64,000 nucleotides of DNA from contig CAZWEZ010000005.1 in NCBI GenBank assembly GCA_964632795.1, positions 314 to 64,313 of the forward strand. Direction: 5' to 3'. The stretch's first letter is position 1. Every line of letters begins with the position of its first letter. Positions 17,618 to 25,777 of the stretch are shown here, piece by piece. The stretch is from an uncultured Thalassospiraceae bacterium. GTDB lineage: Bacteria; Pseudomonadota; Alphaproteobacteria; Rhodospirillales; 2-02-FULL-58-16. The position numbers and the translations under genes were made by a program. Below the pieces are notes generated by a model. It was not told where the DNA came from. It did not search any database and was given only the letters and a program-made list of their open reading frames with translations.

Positions 17618-19266
17618 GCGAGGTCCCCCGGACCGAGGAGACCCCGGAGCGGTGGACGGCGCCCTGCCGGCGCATCCTGGTGGCACTCGACAATTCCGAC
17701 CACGCCGGGCGGGCGCTCGCCGAATCGATCCGCCTGGCCGGCTTCGCCGGGGGCACCGTGACCGGCATCCACGCCTACGCCGCCCGCCTCCACGACCGCC
17801 GTTTCCGGCAGATGGAGGGCGGGCTGCCGGCGCGCTACCTGGCCGAGGCCGAGATGTCGCACCAGCGCGAGGTCCACGACGACCTGATCACCCGCGGCCT
17901 CGACATCATCAGCGACAGCTACCACGACGTCGCCGAGAAGTCCTGCCGGCAGGCCGACGTCCCCTACCGCCGCCTCAGCCCGGAGGGCAAGAACTACCGG
18001 CGCATCGTCGAGGCCGTCGGGAGCGGCGACTTCGACCTTCTGGTCCTCGGCGCGCTGGGGGTCGGCGCGGTGCCCGGGGGCACCGTCGGCACCGTCTGCG
18101 AGCGGGTGGTCCGGCGCAGCCCGATCGACGTCCTGGTCGTCCGCGACCCCGCCCGGGCCCTCGACGCGGGGCCGATCGTGGTCGGCCTGGACGGCTCGCC
18201 GCGTTCCTTCGGCGCCCTGCTTGGCGCCCTCGACCTGGGGCGCCGGCTGGGCGCCGTGGTCCACGCCGTGGCCGCCTACGACCCCTACTACCACTACGTC
18301 GCCTTCAGGCGCATCTCCGGGGTGCTGAGCGAGGAGGCGGGCAAGGTGTTCCGCTTCAAGGAGCAGGAGCAGCTCCACGAGGAGCTGATCGACGAGGGCA
18401 TCGCCCGCATCTACCGCTCCCACCTCGAAGTGGCCGCCAGGATCGCCGGCGAGGACGGCGTCGAGCTGGTCACCGAGCTGCTGGACGGCAAGCCCTACCG
18501 GACCATCCTCGGCTACCTGGAGAAGGTCGGCGCCGGCCTGCTGATGGTGGGGCGGACCGGCATCCACGCCGATTCCGCCCTCGACATCGGCGGCAACGCC
18601 GAGAACCTGCTGCGCCTGGCGCCGTGCCACGTGTGGTTCGTCGCGGCGTCCTACGAGCCGCCCCTGGAGATGGTCGCCGCCGAAACCGTCGCCTGGAGCC
18701 CCGAGGCCGAGGAGTTGCTGTCCAGGGCCCCCGAGTTCGCCCGCGACATGGCCCGTCAGGCGGTGCTGCGCCACGCCCACGAACAGGGCCACACCTTCAT
18801 CACCACCGACATCGTCGGGGAGGTGGCCAACCGGCTGATGCCGGGGCGCGGCGAGGCCGCCTGCCCCCACGGCGCGGCGGAGCCGGCATGGAGCGCCGAG
18901 GCAAGCGCCCTGATCGAGGGCCTCGACAATCCCGCCCTGGCCGCCAACGTCCGCCTGCGGGCCGAGAAGCTGGCCCGCCGCGAAGGCGCGGAAACGGTCC
19001 TGGCGTCCCACCTCCGGCCCTTCATCGACGATCCCGGAGAAGGCGACTTAGCGCCGTGGTCGGCGGCGGCGCTGGCCTGCCTGGCCCGGGTCCCCGAGGC
19101 CGTGCGCGAGCGCGTCCGGGCCCGTGTCGAGACGGTGGCCCGCAACCGGGGGGCCGGCGAGGTGACGCCCGAGATCGTCGAGGCCGGGTTCGCCGAGGCG
19201 CGCCAGGCGATGCACCGGGCGATGCTGGACGGCGGCCACAAGCGGACCGTCGACGACGGGGAATAG
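17614..19266 (+). CDS. Tandem universal-stress-protein (USP) domains fused to three PCP_red-like (ChlB/BchB C-terminal type) repeats
   Basis: GGAGGAG (17602-17608) precedes GTG 17614. There are two USP-like halves (ILVALDNSDH...LLVLGALG; IVVGLDGSPRS...LLMVGRTG). Three repeats follow of the pattern W(S/T)xEAxxxLxxxPxxxRxxxR...G...(V/I)Txxxx, at roughly 18694-18816, 18889-19014 and 19057-19188. Confidence 0.75.
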   Translation: MSEVPRTEETPERWTAPCRRILVALDNSDHAGRALAESIRLAGFAGGTVTGIHAYAARLHDRRFRQMEGGLPARYLAEAEMSHQREVHDDLITRGLDIISDSYHDVAEKSCRQADVPYRRLSPEGKNYRRIVEAVGSGDFDLLVLGALGVGAVPGGTVGTVCERVVRRSPIDVLVVRDPARALDAGPIVVGLDGSPRSFGALLGALDLGRRLGAVVHAVAAYDPYYHYVAFRRISGVLSEEAGKVFRFKEQEQLHEELIDEGIARIYRSHLEVAARIAGEDGVELVTELLDGKPYRTILGYLEKVGAGLLMVGRTGIHADSALDIGGNAENLLRLAPCHVWFVAASYEPPLEMVAAETVAWSPEAEELLSRAPEFARDMARQAVLRHAHEQGHTFITTDIVGEVANRLMPGRGEAACPHGAAEPAWSAEASALIEGLDNPALAANVRLRAEKLARREGAETVLASHLRPFIDDPGEGDLAPWSAAALACLARVPEAVRERVRARVETVARNRGAGEVTPEIVEAGFAEARQAMHRAMLDGGHKRTVDDGE

Positions 19267-19269
19267 GCC

Positions 19270-20526
19270 ATGGCCTCCACCGTCCAGCCGCCGTACCTGG
19301 TCGCCCTCAACCTGACCCGACGCTGCAACCTCCGTTGCGCCCACTGCTACCTGGACGCCGGCACCCGGGCCGGGGGCGGAGCCGGCGCCGGAGAAGAACT
19401 ATCCACCGCCGAGGTCGAAACCCTGCTCGAGGGGATCGCCGCGCTGAACGGCGAGGCGATGGTGGTGCTGACCGGCGGCGAGCCGCTGCTGCGCCCCGAC
19501 CTCGAGGCGATCGCCCGCCACGGCTCCGGCCTCGGGCTGATGATGGTGCTCGGCACCAACGGCACCCTGCTCGACGCGCGGCGGGTCGCCGGCCTGATCG
19601 CCGCCGGGGTGCGGGGCGCCGGGATCAGCCTGGATTCCCTGGATGCGGACTATCACGACGGTTTCCGGGGCGTGGCCGGCTGCTGGGAGAAGACCATGGC
19701 GGCCATCGACGCCTGCCGGCGGGGCGGGCTCGGCTTCCAGATCCACTTCTCGGTGAGCGACGACAACGCCGACCAGTTGGACGACATGATCGCCTTCGCC
19801 CGCTCGGCCGGGGCGCTGGTGCTCAACGTCTTCTTCCTGGTCTGCACCGGGCGCGGCGAGCAGCTGTCCAACGTCTCCGCGGCGACTTTCGAAGACGTCC
19901 TGGGCCGCATCGCCCGGGCCGCCCACGCCGAGAGCGGATTGCTGATCAGGGCCAAGTGCGCCCCCCACTTCAAACGCCTGGCCATGGAGCTCGACCCGTC
20001 GTGGCCGATCACCCTGGCCCACGGCTACGAGGCCGGCGGCTGCCTGGCCGGCAGCCGCTACTGCCGGGTGACCCCGGAAGGCGAGGTCACGGCCTGTCCC
20101 TACATGGAGCCGTCCGCCGGTTCGATCCGCGAGCGCCCGTTGGCCGACATCTGGCGCGAGGCGCCGCAGTTCGCCCAACTCCGGGCGCCGGTTCTGGAGG
20201 GCCGCTGCGGGGAGTGCGAGTACCGCCGGATCTGCGGCGGCTGCCGGGCCCGTCCCCTGGCCAGGAGCGGCGACCTGATGGGCGAGGACTTCCTGTGCGG
20301 CTACCAGCCCCGGGGCGGGGCGGTGATCGAGCCCCTGAGGCCGGCGGCGGGGACCGTCTCGTGGACCCAGGAGGCCGAACAGCGGCTGCTCCGGGCGCCC
20401 GCCTTCCTGCGCCGGATGGTCCGCGGGCGGGCCGAGGAGTACGTCCGCGGCCGCGGCCGCAGCCGGGTCACCGCCGACGACATGCGAATCCTCGGCCAGC
20501 GGCGTTTCGGGGAGGACCGGCGATGA
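19270..20526 (+). CDS. Radical SAM/SPASM enzyme (AhbD/NirJ-like) with C-terminal PCP_red-like domain
   Basis: The CxxxCxxC motif is RRCNLRCAHCY (19324-19347). SPASM-type Cys clusters are present (CLAGSRYCRVTPEGEVTACPY; CGECEYRRICGGCRARP). The C-terminal WTQEAEQRLLRAPAFLRRMVRGRAEEYVRGRGRSRVTADDM lies at ~20362-20484. Confidence 0.85.
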   Translation: MASTVQPPYLVALNLTRRCNLRCAHCYLDAGTRAGGGAGAGEELSTAEVETLLEGIAALNGEAMVVLTGGEPLLRPDLEAIARHGSGLGLMMVLGTNGTLLDARRVAGLIAAGVRGAGISLDSLDADYHDGFRGVAGCWEKTMAAIDACRRGGLGFQIHFSVSDDNADQLDDMIAFARSAGALVLNVFFLVCTGRGEQLSNVSAATFEDVLGRIARAAHAESGLLIRAKCAPHFKRLAMELDPSWPITLAHGYEAGGCLAGSRYCRVTPEGEVTACPYMEPSAGSIRERPLADIWREAPQFAQLRAPVLEGRCGECEYRRICGGCRARPLARSGDLMGEDFLCGYQPRGGAVIEPLRPAAGTVSWTQEAEQRLLRAPAFLRRMVRGRAEEYVRGRGRSRVTADDMRILGQRRFGEDRR

Positions 20527-21935
20527 GGTTCGACGTGGCGATCGTCGGGGGCGGGATTTCGGGGCTGGCGACGGCCTACGAACTGGTCCGCCGGGGCCGC
20601 CGGGTGGTGGTCCTGGAGCGCCAGGTGCGGCCCGGCGGGACCGCCGTCTCCGAGCGCCTCGGCGGTTTCCTGATGGAGCACGGGCCGAGCACCCTCAACG
20701 GCGCTTCGGAGGCGGCGCTGGGCCTGTCCCGGGCGCTCGGCCTGGAGGGCGCGCGGTGCGAACTCGGCGACCGGGTGCGACGGCGCTACCTGGTCGACGG
20801 CGGAGGCCTGCACGGCATCTCGACCCATCCCCTGGGGTTCCTGGTCTCCGGCTACCTGTCGCCGGGGGCGCGGCTGCGGCTGCTGGCCGAGGCCGTGGTG
20901 CCGCGCCGCGCCGAAGACGGCGACGAGGAGACGATCGAGGACTTCTGCCGGCGCCGCTTCGGGGCCGAGTTCGCCGAGCGGGTGATCGACCCCCTGGTCG
21001 CCGGCATCTACGCCGCCCGGGCCGGCGAGGCGTCGGTGTCGGCGCTGTTCCCGACCCTGGTCGAGATGGAACGCCGCCACGGTTCGGTGTGCCGGGGGCT
21101 GGCCCGCCGCCGCCGGGGCGGGCGGATGCCGGGCAGCCGGCTGTTCTCGTTCGCCGGCGGCCTGGGCAGCCTGCCCCGGGCCCTGGCCGGGGCCCTCGGC
21201 GGGGTGGTGCGGAGCGGCATCGCGGTGCGCCGGGTGCGCCCGGCGGCCGGCGGTTATTCCATCGAGGCGGAGGCGGCAGGAAGCATCGAGGCGCGCTCGG
21301 TGGTGCTGGCCACCCAGCCCCACGTCACGGCGCGGCTGCTCGACGGCCTCGACGAGGCGGGCGCCGAGGCGGCCTCGGCCATCGCCGCGCCGCCGCTGGC
21401 GGTGGTCTTCCTCGGCTACCCCCGGCGCCGGGTCGCCCATCCCCTGGACGGCCTCGGCTTCCTCGGCGCCGAGGCCGAGGGGCGGGCGCTCAACGGCGCC
21501 CAGTTCTGCTCGACCATGTTCCCGGGCCGGGCGCCCGAGGGCCACGTGGCGGTGGCCGGCTACATCGGCGGGGCGCGGGCTCCGGAGCTGGCCCGGCTCG
21601 GCGAGGACGAGTTGATCTCCATCGCCCGCGAGGAGTTCGCCGACCTCATCGGGGCGCGGGGCGAACCGGTGGTGGCCCGGGTCCGCCACTGGCCGGTGGG
21701 GTTGCCCCAGTACCGGCTCGGCCACGCCTTACGCGCCGCCGCGCTGAGCGGCCTGGCCGAGCGCCGGCCCGGCCTCTATGCGACCGGCAACTATCTGCGC
21801 GGCCCCTCGGTGGCGGCCTGCCTGGCCCTGGCCCTGGAGACCGCCGCCGAAGCCGACGCCCACCTCGCCGCGAGCGCCGCCGAGGCGCCGCCCATCCGCC
21901 GTCACCGGCTTGCCCGGCCTGCCGCGGGAAGGTAG
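20523..21935 (+). CDS. FAD-dependent protoporphyrinogen/coproporphyrinogen oxidase (HemY/CgoX-type)
   Basis: ATG 20523 overlaps the upstream stop (ATGA). The dinucleotide-binding motif is MRFDVAIVGGGISGLATAYEL...LERQVRPGG. The family-typical tail is HWPVGLPQYRLGH...LYATGNYLRGPSV. The upstream 957 codons of ORF 17652..21935 are an artefact. Confidence 0.8.
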   Translation: MRFDVAIVGGGISGLATAYELVRRGRRVVVLERQVRPGGTAVSERLGGFLMEHGPSTLNGASEAALGLSRALGLEGARCELGDRVRRRYLVDGGGLHGISTHPLGFLVSGYLSPGARLRLLAEAVVPRRAEDGDEETIEDFCRRRFGAEFAERVIDPLVAGIYAARAGEASVSALFPTLVEMERRHGSVCRGLARRRRGGRMPGSRLFSFAGGLGSLPRALAGALGGVVRSGIAVRRVRPAAGGYSIEAEAAGSIEARSVVLATQPHVTARLLDGLDEAGAEAASAIAAPPLAVVFLGYPRRRVAHPLDGLGFLGAEAEGRALNGAQFCSTMFPGRAPEGHVAVAGYIGGARAPELARLGEDELISIAREEFADLIGARGEPVVARVRHWPVGLPQYRLGHALRAAALSGLAERRPGLYATGNYLRGPSVAACLALALETAAEADAHLAASAAEAPPIRRHRLARPAAGR

Positions 21936-22000
21936 CCTCGGGGAAGATCCCAAGAGGGGATGGCATGCGCCTTGGCGCCCGCGTCCTCGTCGGCTTGTTG

Positions 22001-22930
22001 CTAGCCGCGCAGCAGGTCGTGGGACGCCACCACGGCGCCGCCGGCGATCAGCAGGCAGGCGGCGGCCACCGCCCACGTCGCCTCGGCCTGGCCGAAGGCG
22101 ATCAGGAGCGCGGTCGAGAGCAGCGGGGCGCTGTAGGAGAAGGCGCCCAGCGCCCGGATGTCGCCGTGCTTGACGCCGTGGTCCCAGACGAAGAAGGCGG
22201 CCCCCACCGGCCCCAGCCCGAGGCCCAGCACGGCCAGCCACTGGCCGCTATTTTGAGGCCATGCGGTGGTCTCGAAGGCCAGGTGGAAGAGCACGGCGAG
22301 CACCGCCGTGGCCCCGCAGAAGCCGCCCACCGCGTCGCTGGGGACGTCGGCGAAGCGGCGGCTGAGCACCGAGTACACCGCCCACGTGACGGCGCCCAGG
22401 AGGGCCAGCGCGTAGCCCAGCCAGAACTCGGCCTTGAAACCCAGGGCGCCGCCGCCGGTGACCAGCAGGACGGTCCCGGCGAACCCGGCCAGGGTGCCCG
22501 CCAGGTGCCACCAGCGCAGCCGCTCGCCGGGCAGCAGCGCCGACAGGACGACGATCAGCAGCGGCCACAGGTAGGCGATCAGGCTGGCCTCGACGGGCGG
22601 CGCGTTGCGCAGCGCCATGAAGTAGAAGAAGTGGTAGCCGAACAGCCCGCCGATGCCGAGCAGCCACACCCTGGCCGGCCAGCGCAGGTGATCGAGGATG
22701 GTGTCGCCGCCGAGCAGCCACTTGCCAAGCGCCAGCACGAAGGCCACCGAGAAGGCCATGGCGATGAGCTGGAACGGCGGCACCGGCCCGCTCAGCGTGG
22801 TCAGCAGGGCCAGCGTCGACCACATCAGCACCGCCGTGCCGCCGATCGCCGTGGCGCGGAGCTTGCGGTGGTGGGGGGACTGGACGATGGGGTTCACGGG
22901 AAAAAACCGGATCTGGGATGTCCGTCCCAT
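22001..22930 (-). CDS. DMT-superfamily (EamA-like) transporter
   Basis: The product is ~10 TM helices in two EamA-like halves. The start is uncertain, and an internal Met further in is possible. Confidence 0.8.
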   Translation of the reverse strand: MGRTSQIRFFPVNPIVQSPHHRKLRATAIGGTAVLMWSTLALLTTLSGPVPPFQLIAMAFSVAFVLALGKWLLGGDTILDHLRWPARVWLLGIGGLFGYHFFYFMALRNAPPVEASLIAYLWPLLIVVLSALLPGERLRWWHLAGTLAGFAGTVLLVTGGGALGFKAEFWLGYALALLGAVTWAVYSVLSRRFADVPSDAVGGFCGATAVLAVLFHLAFETTAWPQNSGQWLAVLGLGLGPVGAAFFVWDHGVKHGDIRALGAFSYSAPLLSTALLIAFGQAEATWAVAAACLLIAGGAVVASHDLLRG

Positions 22931-22976
22931 AGCAGATTATCGAAACCCGTGCCAGGACATGGACTCGCCAACCGGC

Positions 22977-23160
22977 GGCAATAATACCAGCGGCCAGAGA
23001 CACTGACCTGCGGGTATCCTTCGACACGCGAGCTTCGCTCGCTGCTCAGGATGAGGCATCTCTTTATTTTTCAACAAAAACCTCATCCTGAGCAGCCGCG
23101 CAAGCGGCGTGTCGAAGGATGGTCGGGGGAGTCAGTGATTATGGCCGCTGGTATAATACC
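22977..23160. repeat. 184-bp imperfect palindromic element (long hairpin / MITE-like)
   Basis: The arms pair block-wise. ataccagcggcca, cactgac and atccttcgacacg pair with their complements. A perfect 16-bp inner stem pairs gctgctcaggatgagg (23041-23056) with cctcatcctgagcagc (23081-23096) around a 24-nt AT-rich loop. Confidence 0.7.
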
Positions 23161-23196
23161 ATTTCGTTTTCAATGGCCGAGCCGGGGGAAAACGGT

Positions 23197-23236
23197 GGCA
23201 AGGGGTCAAGACGGGGGGGTGTCTTGACCCCTTGCC
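23197..23236 (-). terminator. Putative terminator downstream of gdhA
   Basis: A perfect 16-bp stem pairs ggcaaggggtcaagac (23197-23212) with gtcttgaccccttgcc (23221-23236) around an 8-nt loop. On the minus strand it is followed by ACCGTTTTCC. It lies ~60 nt after the gdhA stop. Confidence 0.5.
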
Positions 23237-23297
23237 GACCCCCTCCCGCCCACGGGGGGCGGACGGTGGGGGGGGAAACCCGCGCCGTCCCGAGGCC

Positions 23298-24563
23298 TCA
23301 GGAGCGGCGGAAGAAGGCCCGCGAGCCGCGCGCCGTGATCGCCTCTCCGATACGTTGCAGGGCCAGCACGTAGGCCGCGGTCCGCATGTCGATCCCCTTC
23401 TCGTTCATCATGTTCCAGATCAGCGTCGCCTGGGGCTCGATGAACTTGTGCAACCTGGCATGAACTTCTTCCAGGGTCCAATTCCATCCGGCCCGGTTCT
23501 GGGCCCACTCGAAGTAGGAGACCGTGACCCCCCCGGCGTTGGCCAGGATGTCGGGAACGACCAGGATGCCCTTGGAATTGAGGATGTCGTCGGCCAGCGG
23601 GGTTATCGGGCCGTTGGCCAGTTCGAGAATCACCGGGGCCTTGATGTTGCCGGCGTTCTGGTCGGTGATCACGTTCTCCAGGGCGCCGGGGACCAGCAAC
23701 TCGCACTCCAGTTCCAACAGCTCGGCGTTGGAAATCTCCTTGGCCTTGCCCTTGGTCGGGGCGCCGGCGACCGTCTTTTTCTTTTTCTTGTATTCGAGGA
23801 CCTCGTAGGGGTTCATGCCGTCGGGATCGTAGATCCCCGACTTCGAATCCGAGACCGCGATGATCTTGAAGCCATCGTCATGCATCAGCCGGGCGCAATG
23901 GTACGAGGCGTTGCCGAACCCCTGGAGCACCACCCGGGTCTTCTCCGGAGGCAGCTTGAGCTCCTCCTCGAGATGGCGGCAGATGTAATAGCCGCCGCGC
24001 GCGGTGGCATCGTCGCGGCCCAGCGAACCGCCGAGCACGATCGGCTTGCCGGTGATCACCGCCGGCGAGGAGTGACCGACCATGTTGGCGTACTCGTTGG
24101 CCATCCAGCCCATCACCGTGGCGTCGGTGTAGACGTCGGGCGCCGGGATGTCGCGGTCGGGGCCGATGAAGTGGGGCAGGGCGCGGACGTAGGCCCGGCT
24201 CAGCCGCTCCAACTCGGCGTGGGACAGCTTGCGCGGATCGACGGCGACGCCGCCCTTGGCGCCGCCGTAGGGCAGGTTGACGACGGCGCACTTGAAGGTC
24301 ATCCAGAAGGCCAGCGAGATCACCTCGTCAAGGTTGACCTTGGGATGGAACCGGATGCCGCCCTTGGTCGGCCCCCGGGTGTCGTCGTAGCGGCAGCGAA
24401 AGGCGCTAAACGCGCGCAGCGACCCGTCATCCATGCGAACCATCAGGCTGGCGAGCAGGGTTTCCTGGGGGTTCTTGAGTTTCTCCATGACGTCGGGGTC
24501 GACGGGGATGTGCTTGGCGGCTTCGCGCAACCGCTTCCGGGCCTTTGAAAACAGTGTTGACAC
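23298..24563 (-). CDS. gdhA: Glutamate dehydrogenase (Glu/Leu/Phe/Val dehydrogenase family)
   Basis: The 421-aa product carries KGGIRFHP, NLPYGGAKGGV and the GFGNASYH NAD(P)-binding region. Confidence 0.95.
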   Translation of the reverse strand: MSTLFSKARKRLREAAKHIPVDPDVMEKLKNPQETLLASLMVRMDDGSLRAFSAFRCRYDDTRGPTKGGIRFHPKVNLDEVISLAFWMTFKCAVVNLPYGGAKGGVAVDPRKLSHAELERLSRAYVRALPHFIGPDRDIPAPDVYTDATVMGWMANEYANMVGHSSPAVITGKPIVLGGSLGRDDATARGGYYICRHLEEELKLPPEKTRVVLQGFGNASYHCARLMHDDGFKIIAVSDSKSGIYDPDGMNPYEVLEYKKKKKTVAGAPTKGKAKEISNAELLELECELLVPGALENVITDQNAGNIKAPVILELANGPITPLADDILNSKGILVVPDILANAGGVTVSYFEWAQNRAGWNWTLEEVHARLHKFIEPQATLIWNMMNEKGIDMRTAAYVLALQRIGEAITARGSRAFFRRS

Positions 24564-24808
24564 TTAGAAGACTCCTGCGTTGGGGGGCTTGATGTCGACG
24601 GTCGAGTGTTTAGGCGAATGCAAAATAATTTCACGTGAGTAAAAATTATCCCGACCGGTGTGGGAAATCAACCGTTCAATTCGATCCGGCGCCCGGCGGA
24701 GAGCAAGAAATGATGATATCATGAAATCGGGAGGTTCCAACGGATGACCCGATCATGAGCCCGAAGACCTTCGTGGGGACGCCGATGAAGGTCGGCGAGC
24801 GGATTTTA

Positions 24809-24819
24809 TTGCAATGCAA
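24809..24819. promoter_or_regulatory. Palindrome TTGCA-A-TGCAA upstream of phaR (possible PhaR operator)
   Basis: A perfect 5+1+5 palindrome lies 67 nt upstream of ATG 24886. As I recall, PhaR-type repressors bind TGC-rich dyads in their own promoters. This is a weak, sequence-only call. Confidence 0.2.
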
Positions 24820-24885
24820 CATTTTCCGGCCGGCGGTTTTGTGCTATCACTCGACGGAGACATCAAGCTCTCAGAGTCACCGACC

Positions 24886-25470
24886 ATGAGCGACGATCCG
24901 GACTCCGCAAAAAAGCCCCCGGTCACGATCAAGAAGTACGCCAACCGCCGCCTCTACAACACGGCGACCAGCAGCTACGTGACCCTCGACCACCTGGCGC
25001 GGATGGTCAAGGAGGGCACCGACTTCGTGGTCCACGACGCCAAGAGCAGCGAGGACATCACCCGCCAGGTGCTGACCCACATCATCGTCGAGGAGGAATC
25101 GAAGGGCCACAACCTGCTGCCGATCGGTTTCCTCAGGCAACTGATCGGCCTCTACGGCGACAGCCTGCAGACCATCGTCCCCGGCTTCCTCGAACACAGC
25201 ATGCGGACCTTCGCCACCAACCAGGAGCGGATGCGCCACGCCATGAACGACTCTCAGGGTGGGTTGTCGCCCTTGGCCCAGCTCGAGGAGATGGGCAAGC
25301 AGAACCTGGCCATGTTCGAGAGCGCGATGCACATGTTCTCGCCCTTCCCCGAGCCCGATCCCGAGCCCGAGCCCGCCGCCGCCGATGAACAGCTCGCGGA
25401 CCTGCGCCACAAGCTCGAGCGGATGCAGCGACAACTGGACCGGCTGACCGGAAACGGCGGCCGATCCTGA
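24886..25470 (+). CDS. phaR: Polyhydroxyalkanoate synthesis repressor PhaR
   Basis: MSDDPDSAKKPPVTIKKYANRRLYNTATSSYVTLDHLARMVKEG is the characteristic PhaR N-terminus. Confidence 0.9.
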   Translation: MSDDPDSAKKPPVTIKKYANRRLYNTATSSYVTLDHLARMVKEGTDFVVHDAKSSEDITRQVLTHIIVEEESKGHNLLPIGFLRQLIGLYGDSLQTIVPGFLEHSMRTFATNQERMRHAMNDSQGGLSPLAQLEEMGKQNLAMFESAMHMFSPFPEPDPEPEPAAADEQLADLRHKLERMQRQLDRLTGNGGRS

Positions 25471-25777
25471 TTTCGGGACAACTCGAACGCCAAGTCGCGC
25501 ATCTCGCGGCGTCGCCGGGGCTGCATCTCATGGGCCGAGTATGCTACGTCCACTGTCGGAGGAAGGCCGAACTTGGGGCGCTGGCAGCGACAACGACCGG
25601 GATCGACCCGAGGCAGTCTTTTGGGGCCATCAATGGGTTTCGGCTACTTTCGGCCACGTCCTGCCATTCTTACTGCCGGTTCCATTCGCCGGGAACCGGA
25701 CACTGATCCGTGGTAGACTGATCCGCAATAGCCCTTCTGGTAACAGAAGCCGCATTCTTGCTGGCGAGGGAGAAACG

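Noticed and set aside
17652-20522. The upstream 957 codons of ORF 17652..21935 would make a 1427-aa protein.
   Set aside because: That part is Arg/Pro-rich nonsense overlapping the USP and radical SAM genes in another frame. The HemY-like protein starts at ATG 20523 with its Rossmann motif.
24713-24722. The palindrome ATGATATCAT is present both in the gdhA-phaR intergenic region (24713-24722) and upstream of nifJ (37098-37107). It could be a shared operator.
   Set aside because: There are only two copies of a 10-mer. Both lie in AT-richer intergenic DNA where such words are more likely. I know of no regulator motif that matches it.
25590-25640. The sequence ccgggatcgacccgagg near the start of the low-GC amidase segment looked vaguely like a tRNA T-arm, which might indicate an integration target.
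   Set aside because: The loop and stem lengths do not fit a T-arm (no GTTCRANYC-type loop). No acceptor or anticodon arms can be drawn around it.
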